A DNA stretch of 64,000 bases from Antedon mediterranea (Eukaryota > Animalia > Echinodermata). The notes under the pieces were generated by a model. It worked only from the letters and a program-made list of their open reading frames with translations, searched no databases and was not told where the DNA came from. The stretch covers positions 23,268,871-23,332,870 of the forward strand of contig NC_092676.1 of NCBI RefSeq assembly GCF_964355755.1, given 5' to 3'. A program made the position numbers and the translations under genes. This document shows positions 30,101 through 43,155 of the stretch, in pieces. Each line of letters starts with the position of its first letter. The stretch's first letter is position 1.

Positions 30101-31339
30101 CTTACCGATCGCGCGCTTGATAGTTCGTGGACATACTGTCGCCTATACTTGCTTACTTGAATATGCAATCGCACGCTCGATATTCGCTCACTTACATTTT
30201 TTTTACATCACCGAGTTCCGCAATTATGTCAGTTACCTGGCAATAGGCCTACTCAAGTTTTTTAAAGGGAATTATGCGAGCGAATAGCAACTCGTTTTTG
30301 TTTCCCATTTATCGGCTTACAACGAATCGTATCCATACTTCCATTGCTGTCGAAAGTTTCACAAAGCAACTGTACAACTATGCTGTCAATCAAAATAAAT
30401 CCTTACTTAACGAACGGTTTCCATTGGCTAGTGGGCCGCTGTGGGTGGAATAATCATTGTCGTGGTTATGACTACTGTGTACGCACTGGTGGACGTTGTT
30501 AGTTAATCGTAGAAAGCGATCGTAAGCGGTTGCGTAAAATGATTGTATTTAAAGAGCTGGATTTGTGTTTTCTAAAGTATGCCTGTAGGCCTATTACGTA
30601 GCGACACTTAGTTGTGTGATACCGTTTTCGACACGAAACATCGTAAAAACATGGGTTATTGTGCCGTGATATGAAAAAAAATTATCGAAAGAAAATCTGT
30701 GATATTATCTTTTTTTATGATGTTATAAAACACCACTCAACTTTTGGATATACTGTCATAGATAAATATTTCTTTTTTCAGACTAGATAGCATTTGTAAA
30801 TTTATATTGACGTACTTGTCACAATGTCCTCAGCAGAACAGTTAACTCTTCCACGACATGTGGACAACTACGTTTATTCTTTAATCATTAATTCGTTATC
30901 CGGATTGAGTCACAATATTAAATTTAAGGGTATGCCGTATCTTAGTTAATAGGTCGAAATGTCACACGAATTACACATCTCTGATAATCCACAATTAAAC
31001 AAACCACAACATTGTAAAGCAATATAAATGATCATAGTCCACTATCCCCGTTAATATGTACGGTACAAAATGTACGGTACGGTACAAAAATAGTGTATGC
31101 CTATATTACAGTTAGTATATTAACACTACCGTAATGTGTACGGTACAAAAACAGTTTATACATAATTATTACATTATTATAATTATTATTCTAAAATAAA
31201 GTGTAGCCTTGTATGTTGAATCCGTTTGATAATATATCTCGGTATCTTTATTCAATAAAACATCAATAAAATATGAAAATACAAAGGCAACAGAAGTACT
31301 GAATGGACGTATTCTATATTACAAACAGGAATGAGATAA

Positions 31340-31460
31340 AGCCTTGACTACACTATCTAACTTTATGTGTCAAAAAATGTGATCTGCCCAAATATGGACA
31401 TGATGATATCATATCACTACCATATTTGACAATATAACCACCATATTTGGACACATCACA
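31340..31460. mobile_element. Degraded, truncated copy of the agctctgtctacac MITE
   Basis: ctacactatctaactttatgtg...tatggacatgatgat...cactaccatatttg. Confidence 0.7.
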
Positions 31461-31741
31461 TTAAATAGATAGGGACTTATCATAAGTTACAAAGATAAAA
31501 TGTATATCAAAATTTAAAAAATAGGCAGCATTTGAAGGAATACAGTATACACCAATATTTAATATAGTTATACTGCTACTAATATTTTCTAATGATTTCA
31601 TCAAAATAGAGGACAGGACTATTTTTAAATGTTTCAGTTTTTGCGACTGGGATTTCATTTTTCCTTTCTTTCCTAAAGTTGCATTGATGAGATATTTTTG
31701 GCTTTTGGTATCCATCTATGTGTAAACAGTATCATAGTCAA

Positions 31742-32190
31742 TGTAATAATACAGGAACATGTGACGCCTATATCATGGCCATAGGCATAACCTAACCTTA
31801 ATCTAAACATAATACAGGCATCATATGCTATACATATGTGACTCTGTATATTATAAGTACTATTACAGAATTTGCCTAACATAATGGACCATATCTTAAT
31901 AAATATATACTTACAGTTTCGTTGACGAACTGCGTGTCACATCAATAGATACCGGTAGAGGTAATCTGTCATATGGTCAAATTCATTCACATTTTTCCGA
32001 ATTTATACTAATTCATGCTTTTATTATACCTACTTTTCTTTTATTTAGTCTAGACGTGTATTAAATGAATATGTCATCAATCGGTCTTAAGTTTTTAAAT
32101 AACGTTCTTTTGTATTTGCTGGTATTCGTGTTCCCCTATATGTATACGACTTGTCTGAGAATTTAACGTTAAATGTTTATGTACAATGAA
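31742..32190 (+). repeat. Interspersed repeat (~450 bp), unclassified; second copy at 59972-60440
   Basis: Colinear similarity: gtaataatacagga.catgtga.gcct.tatcatggccatag...atgtcatcaatcggtc...atgtatacgact. Confidence 0.8.
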
Positions 32191-35167
32191 CATCTAATTT
32201 CGCAGAGTTACTAGCGAGTTCTGCGGGTTGAGAGGTTCCACCTAAAATTAATATTAACACTGCAATAATTTTCTTGGTCCACCAGTGTACAGGCCTGTGT
32301 TTTGTACATTATTTTGTGGTGTTAAAAAATACATTTCTTTGTCATTATACCAAGACGATGAATTATCCAGCGAAAGTTGTTTTGATTTATAACTTTAAAA
32401 TAATATTAATTCTTTTAAGTCCAAAGTGTTATGCGGTAAGATACTGCGAAGGGTATCAAATTGCCCGTGAAGCACACCTGCGCTAAGTCTAAGCTGGGGC
32501 AAAGCGGGCTTATGCAAATATTGAACATGGATCGCTTTTAAGACTTTGTCTGCGAAGAGGCCTGTGTTTACCGTGTAAACTCAGTTTGATCCGGCCTAGC
32601 GACTGATAGTCTTGAAAATGGGTGTAATGACGGACGATAAACGGAAGCTTTCAATAGACAGATACTTCACTACCGTTTTTGACATCAATCAACCATCTTA
32701 GCAGGCCTAACTAGTGAAATTAGTAATCATACTGTAAAAACAATACCACCAGACACTGAGCAAGGATACCCAACAAAACATATCATGAAAATGATCTTCG
32801 TTGTCATACATCACAGTGTTTACATTTCGTTACATCAAACAAAAAACACTTTCTTATTTATACATAACGTAATATGACGCTCCAGGACTCCATTCGTGAA
32901 GTTCGGTACTGATAAAAAAAAATCGGTTTAAAATATATTTTATTTTAAAGAAATCCGGTATAATTCACATGTTTTTAATGAAAATTATACTAAAATTCAT
33001 ATTAATTAGCAGTGACATTAATAATAGATTATTATTATTAATATAGGTTATTGATTAATTGGTTTAGAGTGACGTTAGTTAGCAATTCATTTTTTTTTTT
33101 ATTTATAGATAAAATAGTTCATTATTTGACTTTTCTGTCTTAGGCCTATTGTGTGAGACGGTATAAAAATGTATTTCTCCTTCGGTCACATAGGCCTTAC
33201 GTACTTTCCCGACCTCATTGGCATATCTAACTTGCCAATAGGCCTACTACATTATTTAAGGGGGAAAAATAGAGAGACAATTTTGTTCTTCTATAACTTT
33301 AAGCGTATCGTGGGTTCGAGACCCACAATATTCGCAGACGTTCCCAAATCACCCGATTCTCAGTGTTGTGTCTCCACATATAACATTCCCCTGGTCTTTT
33401 CCGTAAAACAGCATCCCATGTATTTCACATGTGATGTTGTTGGTAGGATAGGTTTTGGGCAAGGCTAGAGTCTATAATACTGGCTTTATAATGTCTTTCA
33501 CATGTGATTCTGTTTTATGGAATTTCCTATGATACTGGGGAAATTCAGATAAAGTATCAAGAATCGCCTATACTCAAAGTGTACTGTCATTTCAGCACCG
33601 TATTTCACGTCAGTGTTGCAAATTTACCACCAGACGTATTACTTGTTTACATATAGCGTAATTTGCGGAGTGTTTAATCATAATCAGTAGGCAAGATAAC
33701 CTACTAATTGACAGTTATCTACCAACAAATCTACAGAAGAGGCGAACACCATTCGAAATGAAGAATTTAAGTGTTGCATCTCTCAACTTCAAATCGTTCA
33801 TCGTTTATTTATTTAAACGCCATGAAAGCAATTGAGGCTTTGTTAAAAACACTGACGTATATTCTCTTTATATTCTTTTCTTTGTCTTTATTTTCATATA
33901 TACGTATACTTACTGCAGAAAAAGAGGTTTGACTGATTTATGTATTTTATATTATCGTCAATTTCTCCGTGGATGTTAGGCCGATTCTTTTGTCGACTTG
34001 TGTCCTGCGCGTGGACTCGTGTGCGAGGGATTTGTTTAATTCATGTCCGTTTACTCGGAAAGTGAATTCTTCGCAACCTTATTAATATTATGGGAATCCA
34101 ACAGGTTTTTTATTGCCGTATATTAAATTCATGAAGCTCGTTATTAATTGTATAAATATATAAAACCATTATTGAATTATATTTTGTGAGTGTGTTTATA
34201 GACTTCTAACTGGCGTTGTGTCGTAAGAAGCATAATCGACCGACGTGTTGCTTAAAAGTGCTGTATTTGATATATAAAATAATATGTTTGTATTGTGTCG
34301 AAAACATACCGCTCTATATATCAATGTTAAATAGACATTTCATAGAATGAATGAACACGTATTGATAAATACAATTGTTGTAATACCGTTATGCGTTCAG
34401 TTATCTACTCATTAGGCCAATTACGATATTGTCAATCATTTTCTGTTATTTTAAATTTATGATAAAAAAATTCTTTTTTTCAGTGACACTAACAAATGGG
34501 TACACTAAGCGAGTTCCATGAGCCCAAACGACTTTAATAATTGTTGTCCATGCCTTTTAAATGATGTTGGCCTAGAGTTGTTAATACATATTACATGCAT
34601 TCAATTGTGAATCATTTTTTCTTTTTTGTTTTTCAATTAATCGATAAGGCATAAATAATACATAGTGTTCGATCAGAACATTCATACGGTTTGTGGTGTT
34701 TCAGTGTTTCATTTGTGTTGGTTGCGAGAATACCGGTTGGCCTTATTGATTTATAAATTATCAACTTACTTTTCATTTTAATATTTTTACTACCAAAAAT
34801 TTGCCCAGGTTATCAAAATAACACGTGATGCACCAAGCACAAAAATGATTAATCGGTTGCAGCCACCTTTAAAGACATCTAGAATCTGGTCAGACTGATC
34901 GCATCCAGGTTCGCTAAACTCACTCCAAGTCGTCTGAAACTGCCCGCTCTCAAAACAAACTCCCGTATGCTACTTTCATCACATAGGTATGGGGAATGCT
35001 AGCATAATTGTAAGTGTCCCTTATGATTAAAGGCTGCCTCCGAGCAGTTGATGTACACCCGATTCTGTAGCTGTCACTAGATGGAGTCTTACAGACTATT
35101 GCGAGTCATCTAGAAAAGAGTCTATATAGCTGGTATTAAGTACTTTTTAATACGGTACACGATATCA

Positions 35168-35975
35168 GTGTACCAGTTCTGTGCCTCTCTCGGATTGAAC
35201 AAGTTCTGCGCCTCTCTCGGATTGAACCAGTTCTGCACCTCTCTCGGATTGAACCAGTTCTGTGCCTCTATCGGATTGAACCAGTTTTGCGCCTCTCTCG
35301 GATAGAACCAGTTCTGCGCCTCTCTCGGATTGAACCAGTTCTGTGCCTCTCTCGGATTGAATCAGTTCTACGCCTCTCTCGGATTGAATCAGTTCTGTGC
35401 CTCTCTTTTTTTTTCTTTTTTTTTTTAACACCATATTTAATGAGGGTGATCCATCCAGCTATTGCTGATCATTAGGGACCCTCAGAGGTTCACAAGACAA
35501 ACATATACACAAGATGCTCTACATAAACAAAGTCTTATTACAAGTCTTTGGGAGTAAAGTAATTTGGTCCTTAGAAAAATCCTGACATGTGACGGGATTT
35601 GAACCCAGGACCCTTGGAGTGGTAGCCAAGCATCATAACCACCAAGCCACAACTCCACTCTCATATTGAACGAACCTGTGTCTCTCTCGGATTGAACCAG
35701 TTCTGCGCCTCCCTCTGATTGACAGTTCTGCGCCTCTCTCAGATTGAACCAACCTCCGCCTTTCTCGGATTGAACCAACTCTACGCCTCTCTCGGATTGA
35801 ACCAACTCTACGCCTCTCTCGGATTGAACCAATTCCCTCTTGGGTTGAACCTGTTCTGCCCTTGCCTGATTAAACCAGTTCTGCGACTCTCTCGGATGGA
35901 ACCAATCAAGAGAGGCGCAGAAATGTTTCAATCCAATTAAAACAGTGCTGCGCCTCTCTCGGATTGAACCAGTTC
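35168..35975. repeat. 27-bp minisatellite (tgcgcctctctcggattgaaccagttc)n split by a SINE
   Basis: About 9 units left and 10 degenerate units right of the SINE; yields spurious 9-aa repeat ORFs. Confidence 0.92.
35406..35658 (-). mobile_element. tRNA-derived SINE (family A head, different tail) inserted in a minisatellite
   Basis: Reverse complement matches the 16196 head/body closely; T-rich tail at 35406-35426. Confidence 0.88.
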
Positions 35976-36267
35976 AACTCCCCTCAAAGTAAACGCACTA
36001 ATCAATGCGTTGAAGGGTAATAATTGTTAATAGAAGGGCACAGATAATTGTTCAGTTCCATATTGACATGTACGACTAATGAATGTTAGGACTATTAAAT
36101 TCCTCGTGATGATAAGACGGTTGTGCCGCACCGAGACATTTACGATGAGGAATGACGGTTGGGTAGATGTTGCTTGTAGTGACCATTGTGGTAAAGAGAA
36201 TTTTTTTCATATTCCTAATAAAACAAACACATATTTAAAAGAAAAGAAAATATCTTTAAAATGAACC

Positions 36268-36517
36268 TATAGGTATCAAAAACAAAACTGAAAAAAAAAA
36301 TCAAAATGAACTAACCCTAACCCTACAATTGTATATATAATATAATATTATATTTAGTAATTTCTATTTTTTTTTCTGAAAAATTTCTCTTAAAATTTCT
36401 TTTTTTATTTCATATAAAATCAAATAGGAATCAAAACAAAACTAAAAAAACAATCAAAAAGAACTACAATTTTATATAATTCCATTACATTTAGTAATTT
36501 CTATTTTTTCCTGAAAA
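36268..36517. repeat. Tandem duplication (~95-155 bp)
   Basis: atagg.atcaaaa.caaaact...atttagtaatttctatttttt..ctgaaaa twice. Confidence 0.8.
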
Positions 36518-39155
36518 TAAGATATTGTATTACTCATAAATACATAATTTGTCTGTACATAATAATTTAAGCTTAATAATCTATTAAAAAAGGGAATGTT
36601 GATTTAATTAAATCATTATTATTATAATATATATAATGTCATGATAAGTATTTATAAGAGAACATTATAAGGTCTATCGATTTTTTAACTACTTGGAAAA
36701 TATTCACTTTGTTCCTACATTACGGTCTCATTGGTCGAAGCTTTGGTGATGGTGTAATTAGGGCTACATGACTTTCACAGAACGTATCACAAATCCAGCT
36801 TTTATGTGATGTCACGAACACATGAATTGATATTGTTTTCCAAGGTCGTGCTTTTTTATTCATTCAGTAAAAATTTATTTCATATCAGTTATTGTCTAAA
36901 TAATTTTTTTTTTTGTGAATGGATGATGGTGATGAAAACCCCTGAGTGCTCTATATTGGATGTCTGCATATCAATCAGACGATTCCGAGTTCGAATCTCC
37001 GAATAATAATGTTGATTTTGATTTTTACTTGTCTAAGCGGTTTTCCCTCTCCTTCTCTTATTTCCTAATTTTCGTTTGTGAAATACAGTAATTGATTTCA
37101 CTGAGCAATTTAGAGTTTACGTATGCCTGTAAATGTATATATGTGTATATCATAGTTAGGCCTATACTTGTTTTTAAATTTTTGGCGATGTTATCAGTTT
37201 GGTGACCATTGTCGATAAAAGGTATATAAAACAAACGAAAACAAAAATCTCAATTACCTTTCGAACTAAAAAAAAAAAATAACATAATCCCAGATTAGTT
37301 AGTACATAACGTTTGAGCCTAGGAGTGGCAGAAGCCGTACTAGAAAAAGAAACTTAACATTTTCTTATAACCTCCTCGGAATTTATTTTATCCCCTCTGC
37401 TGTATTTACCAAGGCCACAGTGCCGGTGGTCCCGTAAACGGTATTTCAAATAAACACCCTAAGTTCACATCGCATTCTGTAGTTTTTGCCAAAATGTCAA
37501 AGGTTCGGGCAAAGGTTCCATTCCATATCGTTATTTCTTCTCTTTTAATGTCATCTTTCGGTCTTTTCTGTTCACATAAATTCTTGTATGTTTTAGGCTG
37601 TTTTATAGACTTCGTTTCGATACATATCACAGGGATTTATGTCGTTTCTGTGCGTTTGTTTTTGAGTGGGTGAAATGCATACCATATGAGACCTGTAACC
37701 GTTAAATGACATATAACTTACACAAATCAAAGTGTATACCTTTGAAACAATTAATGACAATTTAGAGATAATCATGTCACCGATAAATATGTAATAAAAC
37801 AAAAAAAAACGAAAGTGTGCTGTAACAGTGTAATTTGTGTCCTAGATATTTTGAAATAGAATAATAGTCTGAATAATAATATACTAAATTAATGAATGGA
37901 TTTTACAAACACATGAACATATTACAAAATACATATTGATTCAGAAATTGAGCAAATTAATGATAGATCACATTTGCATGTTGAGAAAACTTTCTTATGT
38001 TTATGTTAACCAAAAGTATTATTTTTTCTATGAGTTCACAGTTTAATGAATCTCTATAATAAATAAGGTAACAGTTAAGTTTCCATAAGTGAAGAAAGAT
38101 TCATTTTTCAACCATCACCATCCTGTTTATTTCAAGAGACTTCTCCACTGGTTTTTATGTTTATAAGTAAAAGCCTGTAAACTAATTATAACGAAATTAA
38201 CATTATGTAATAACATTCTTTTGATATGAACAACATACAGTATGTGTTTTGAGAATGGAATGTTTTGAATTTAAAGTTGATTATTTTAATATATATTATC
38301 CAAAGTCTGTTCTTTGTCCCTCAACGACGCTTTTGTCAACATTTACCGCTTGTTTCTTTCAAATCTCAAGAGAGTAGAGATCAATCGCCGGTTTACTTTC
38401 TAAAAGACATTTCTACCTGTATTTAACGCGACCCTGGTTGCCATCACCCTTCTCTAAACTACTCACCCGTAGAATAACAGATCCATTTCGATGCCTGTAT
38501 TTATTTACAACTATCACTTTCTGTTTGATTACGGGTACAAATTGCCCAGCGATTACCGCATTCAGTCACCGGGGTTAAATCCAGGCCTGCGGTAGACATT
38601 TTACACACCATCAAAAACACCTTAAAAACAATCATTGCCGGTTTAAAGTCAAGAGGAATTGAGATTATATCTTTATTCAGTAGTATAATGATGTAAACAT
38701 AACATTAAAAGGATCGTGAACTGTCTGTATGATTAAAGAGAGAATCAGATATATGTCTTCATTTGTGTTTATCTTCTTCGGTATGATATTAATGTAAGGA
38801 TGTGTTCAATTACGGTATCGGAGTTAGATCATAAAACATTTTAGAATACCACTGAGAACAACGTTTAGAATACCCTTCACTAACCTCAGCTCAGACCAAA
38901 GTCATTCATCAAAAGAAAGTCGTAAATTACTCACCCTAAACATGTCACTGTTATATGACAGAAATTAGTGTTATACCAGTCAAGTACACATCTTTATACA
39001 AATAAAAAAAGATGCGTTAGAGTTCAGTTGTCACCCTTTTTTCAATTCATTTTTTTTTTCATCAGGAAAGGGTGAGGGAGGATGTATTACCGATTGGCAA
39101 AAACATGTTAACAATAGATACACATTCTTGCGAAATAAAACAAACTTTCATCTTC

Positions 39156-39285
39156 AGCTCTGTCTACACTATCGAACTTTATGTGATGTGCCCATATGGA
39201 CATGATGATGTCATATCACTACCATATTTGGTCATATCACTACCATATTTGGGCACATTAATAGTTTGATAGTGTAGACAGAGCT
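39156..39285. mobile_element. Copy of the agctctgtctacac MITE
   Basis: Same TIRs and internal repeats as 50238. Confidence 0.85.
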
Positions 39286-40040
39286 TTACAGTAATATGAC
39301 TTCGTTATTCGTCTTCAGCAACATCTTTAATGTTCCTCCGTAGTCATTAGCATTACTTTATTGTCATCCTTAATACCATCACCGTCTACCACCGTTTTTG
39401 GTTAATTGGTGTTACTACTATTAATTTATATTAGCAGTAGTGTTATGATTTTAGTATTTATTATTATTCATAATAGTAACTCTTTATTGAGTGGGTAAAT
39501 ATGGAGTCGATACATCTCTAACAAACTCTTCTGTGCCCCTCCGTTATCATTGTCAGTCTGCAGTCTTCTTCACCAACAACGTTTTCGACTGTTACGTCAT
39601 ATCACCGGCAGTAACATACCCTACGCGATTTAGTTTAATGTTCTTTGCAACATGATGAAATTACCTTGGGGGCGAAAGAATGTTAAGATAGAACATTTTA
39701 GGCCTGCAATAATCCATCTACCATTAGTCAATAGTCCCATTTCAGTGATTCTGACGATGACCGATGTATTGGTAGAAACATTGAACATGTCCTGAACGCT
39801 ATCAACCCCATTAGCCGGTAATTACGTTCTTTGTTACTTTTTATGACTAACGTAAGGGTTATGAGAATTATTGTCATAATTGGCGAAGGATTATGTTTTA
39901 TTCATATTATAAGCAACGTACGTGTGTTCAGTTACACGTATTTTGTACAATTGTAATTGTTTAATTTCAATAATTGAAAGTGTCAATCTTACGATGAAAG
40001 TGACTTATTTTTGTTGTGAATGTTTATATGGTTTTATTTG

Positions 40041-40374
40041 TGAAGAATTATGATTACACTCGATGTTTCCGGAAGATACTCGTTGAATGGAAAGAATATT
40101 TTCAGTCGTTTAGGCTTTCTATTCAACCTGGCTCCTCGTTAAAAAGTCAATTTTTGAAAATAGTCTCTTTGTTATTTAACAAATGTTAATTGTAAACCAT
40201 TCTGAAGAATTATGATTAAACGAAGGTTTTCTGAAGATACTCGTTGAATTGAAAGAATATTTTCATTCGTTTAGACTTTTCCATTCAACCTGGGCCCTGG
40301 CTCCGCCTTGTTTAAGAGTCAAGTTTTGAACACATGAAAATAGTCTCTTTCTTATTGAACAAATGTTATTTGTA
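40041..40374. repeat. Tandem duplication (~160 bp)
   Basis: tgaagaattatgatta...gaagatactcgttgaat...gaaaatagtctcttt twice. Confidence 0.88.
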
Positions 40375-42954
40375 CCATTTCTGTACCTTTTTAAGATACA
40401 CGTTTTGACAATTGTGCATTATTTTTCTTGTGTTCTTCATTTCTTTTATATATTTTTCAGAAAGATGTGGCTCATGCCAAACATATTGATTCATCATCAA
40501 ACTATAAAATGACATCTACTTGAATGACATCACGTGAATGACACCACATGAATGTTTCTTACGTTTATCTATAAGTCAGATAGTTAATGACATCACTGCT
40601 AAACTATATCACCTAATATTACTGTTTTCGTCTTTCATTTAAGAAATAGTATCTTTTTAATAACCGAAAGATTATGAACTAAAAACAAAAAGAGAAAAAA
40701 AAACGCTTTTAACTAAAGTTGTTCCCAGAAATTATTATTGTAAAAGCTATAGTTTTCAGTACTCTGAAACTAAGTCTTCATTAAGAAGTTATCCTGTTTT
40801 CAGTTCCCGTAATGTACTTTTTTTATTCAGTTTTATGGGCTGCCACTCACAATTTTTTTTTTTATATTTTGTCCATCTTTTAGTTTAATCAAATTATTGT
40901 AATGCATTATTATGAACTTAGAGAGAAATAAATGTTCTTTTTACTTTTTTTTACTACAGTTAACTTTTTTTTGGTGTTCTACAGATACATTTTCTACTTA
41001 ATAATATAGAAACATTAATACACTATTACAACTATTAATTAATCATTAATTTTTTTTTCTCTTTTGTGGGTTTGTGGGGGCAACCCACTTTTATTGCAAT
41101 GATAAACAATATGGTGAATGGTTACAGTATATATGTCTATCTATCTATTTATCAATGAATATTTAAGTGATATTACACAGACAGAGGTTAAGAGATTATA
41201 TAAAATATTTTGATATTGTGTTGAAATCTAGATAAAACAAACATGTATACAGAGAAAATTTATATTACAGAGCTAAAACGATATAAAGATTGATATTCAG
41301 TATTAAAAAGAGATTCGATATAATATAAATATATATGATAAAATGGTATATTGCATTATAAGATTATGTTTTGTTTGAATACTTTTATAAAATTGTATAG
41401 TTTTACATTTTGAACATAATATTGCTTATATGATAAAATAACAAACTAATAAATATTGCAAAGCTAAACCCAAACCGAAGTATTAATCATTAATTAATGA
41501 AGGTGAAACTTCGAATTAATTATATTAAAATGTATTTATTTTTGTATTAAAGAAAGTGGTAGTTACTTCTAATAACTGCCAACATTGTTTCAAAACAAAA
41601 AGAGAGTAAAAAATGTCCACTTTGTTCTCACATTATAAAAATATGTTTTGTTCGTTAATTCACCTGTCTGGGATGATGCTCCATTATCTGAATTTGGTCC
41701 TATATTACAACGGAGATTTAGCCGTAACAACACGTGTGGCCTTGATGACGTTGACCCATGAACAACCCCGTCATGTTAGGCTTAAGCCCTTGGTCTTTTT
41801 GCTGTTCACCCGAGAGACTTCAACCGCTCCAGCCTGGAAATCGATAGCGAATGACTGCTCAATTCGAGACAGATAGACCCGATTATTTCGCTACAGGAAA
41901 AATAAGAGAGAATTTTCTATCTGGAGAATTCCAGCTAATATTGTGTTTTTTCATGTCACACAGCGTGATTGTGAATCGAGTTTCATCGGTTCGTAACCTA
42001 GAGATTTAATATTCTTGACGAAGTTTCATCATCAAAAGGAGATACCGGTAACCAAAATTAGGATCAATTACATCTTAAACCTTACCAATGAATAGCATTT
42101 CTTTGTTTTGCTTTTGATGGAAAGATAGAATTGGAATCATTTATATAATTTGATATGATATATCTTAACAAGTTACTGTCTGTATTAAATACTGCTAAAG
42201 TTTTTAAGTATAATGGTTTGTTTTTGTGCTTTTTTAGTGGGCTGTGTGAGTCTTGTCTTCTATGCATCTTCAGACTTTATCGATGTTACTAGACATATAA
42301 TGTTGTAAATTAAAACAAATACACAAACTCAACACAAATTGATTAGTACTTTGATTCGCTTAAATGGAAATCATTTTAAAATAATAGTTATTATACGGCA
42401 GTTGAGCACGTTATAAGTGTGTAACGTCTGTAATAAATTCCCATCTTTACCGCTCTAATAATTTCGTTCAGTACCACGTCTTACGTTTTTACGATTGCGA
42501 AAATAAACCAAGGCGCTTTACTTGGTAATTATCTGTTACAACATTAGATGAGTTTTAGCGGACTAAGTATTGGCTGTTTAGAACAATATGCACGAGTTGT
42601 GCGAAACATGGTCATCTCTAGAAACTATATTGTTAAGAAGAACGGCTGTGTAAACATTCTAGCAGTAGAAACCATGACAAAAACAAAGGAAAGGGATTAT
42701 TTTCTAATTATAAATATTATGAAAACATTTAACCAATATACCAGCAAGTAAAGTGGACTGTAATATGCCAACTAAATAAATTAAAATGTCTCTAAATTCT
42801 AATGTTTAATTATTGTTACAATTTATGAGGTTAGTTTTTATTGTAAACATACCAGCTGAGTTTATATTGTTTTTTTTATTACTTATGAGTAACCTGCATA
42901 AAATCAACCTTACGCCGTTTACTCTTTAAGTTTAATGCATTCTGTCTGTAAGAT

Positions 42955-43155
42955 AACTTCAATTTCCAACCAATAACTTGACTCTGTATCTTTGGAATTA
43001 GTACATTTTCTCTTTCTTAGATGTTCGTATTTTGCTTTTCTGTTTTTATTTATGTATTTTAATGTATTAATATTGTGTCTGCAGAAAAACTTCAATTGTC
43101 AACCAATAACTTGATTCTGTATGTTTGGAATTGGTACAGCTTCTTTTAGATGTTT
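42955..43155. repeat. Local direct duplication (~70 bp)
   Basis: aacttcaatt.ccaaccaataacttga.tctgtat.tttggaatt.gtaca twice. Confidence 0.8.

Noticed and set aside
35165-35940. ORFs with (SERGAELVQ)n repeats
   Set aside because: Translation artefacts of a 27-bp minisatellite and a SINE; no splice or homology support.
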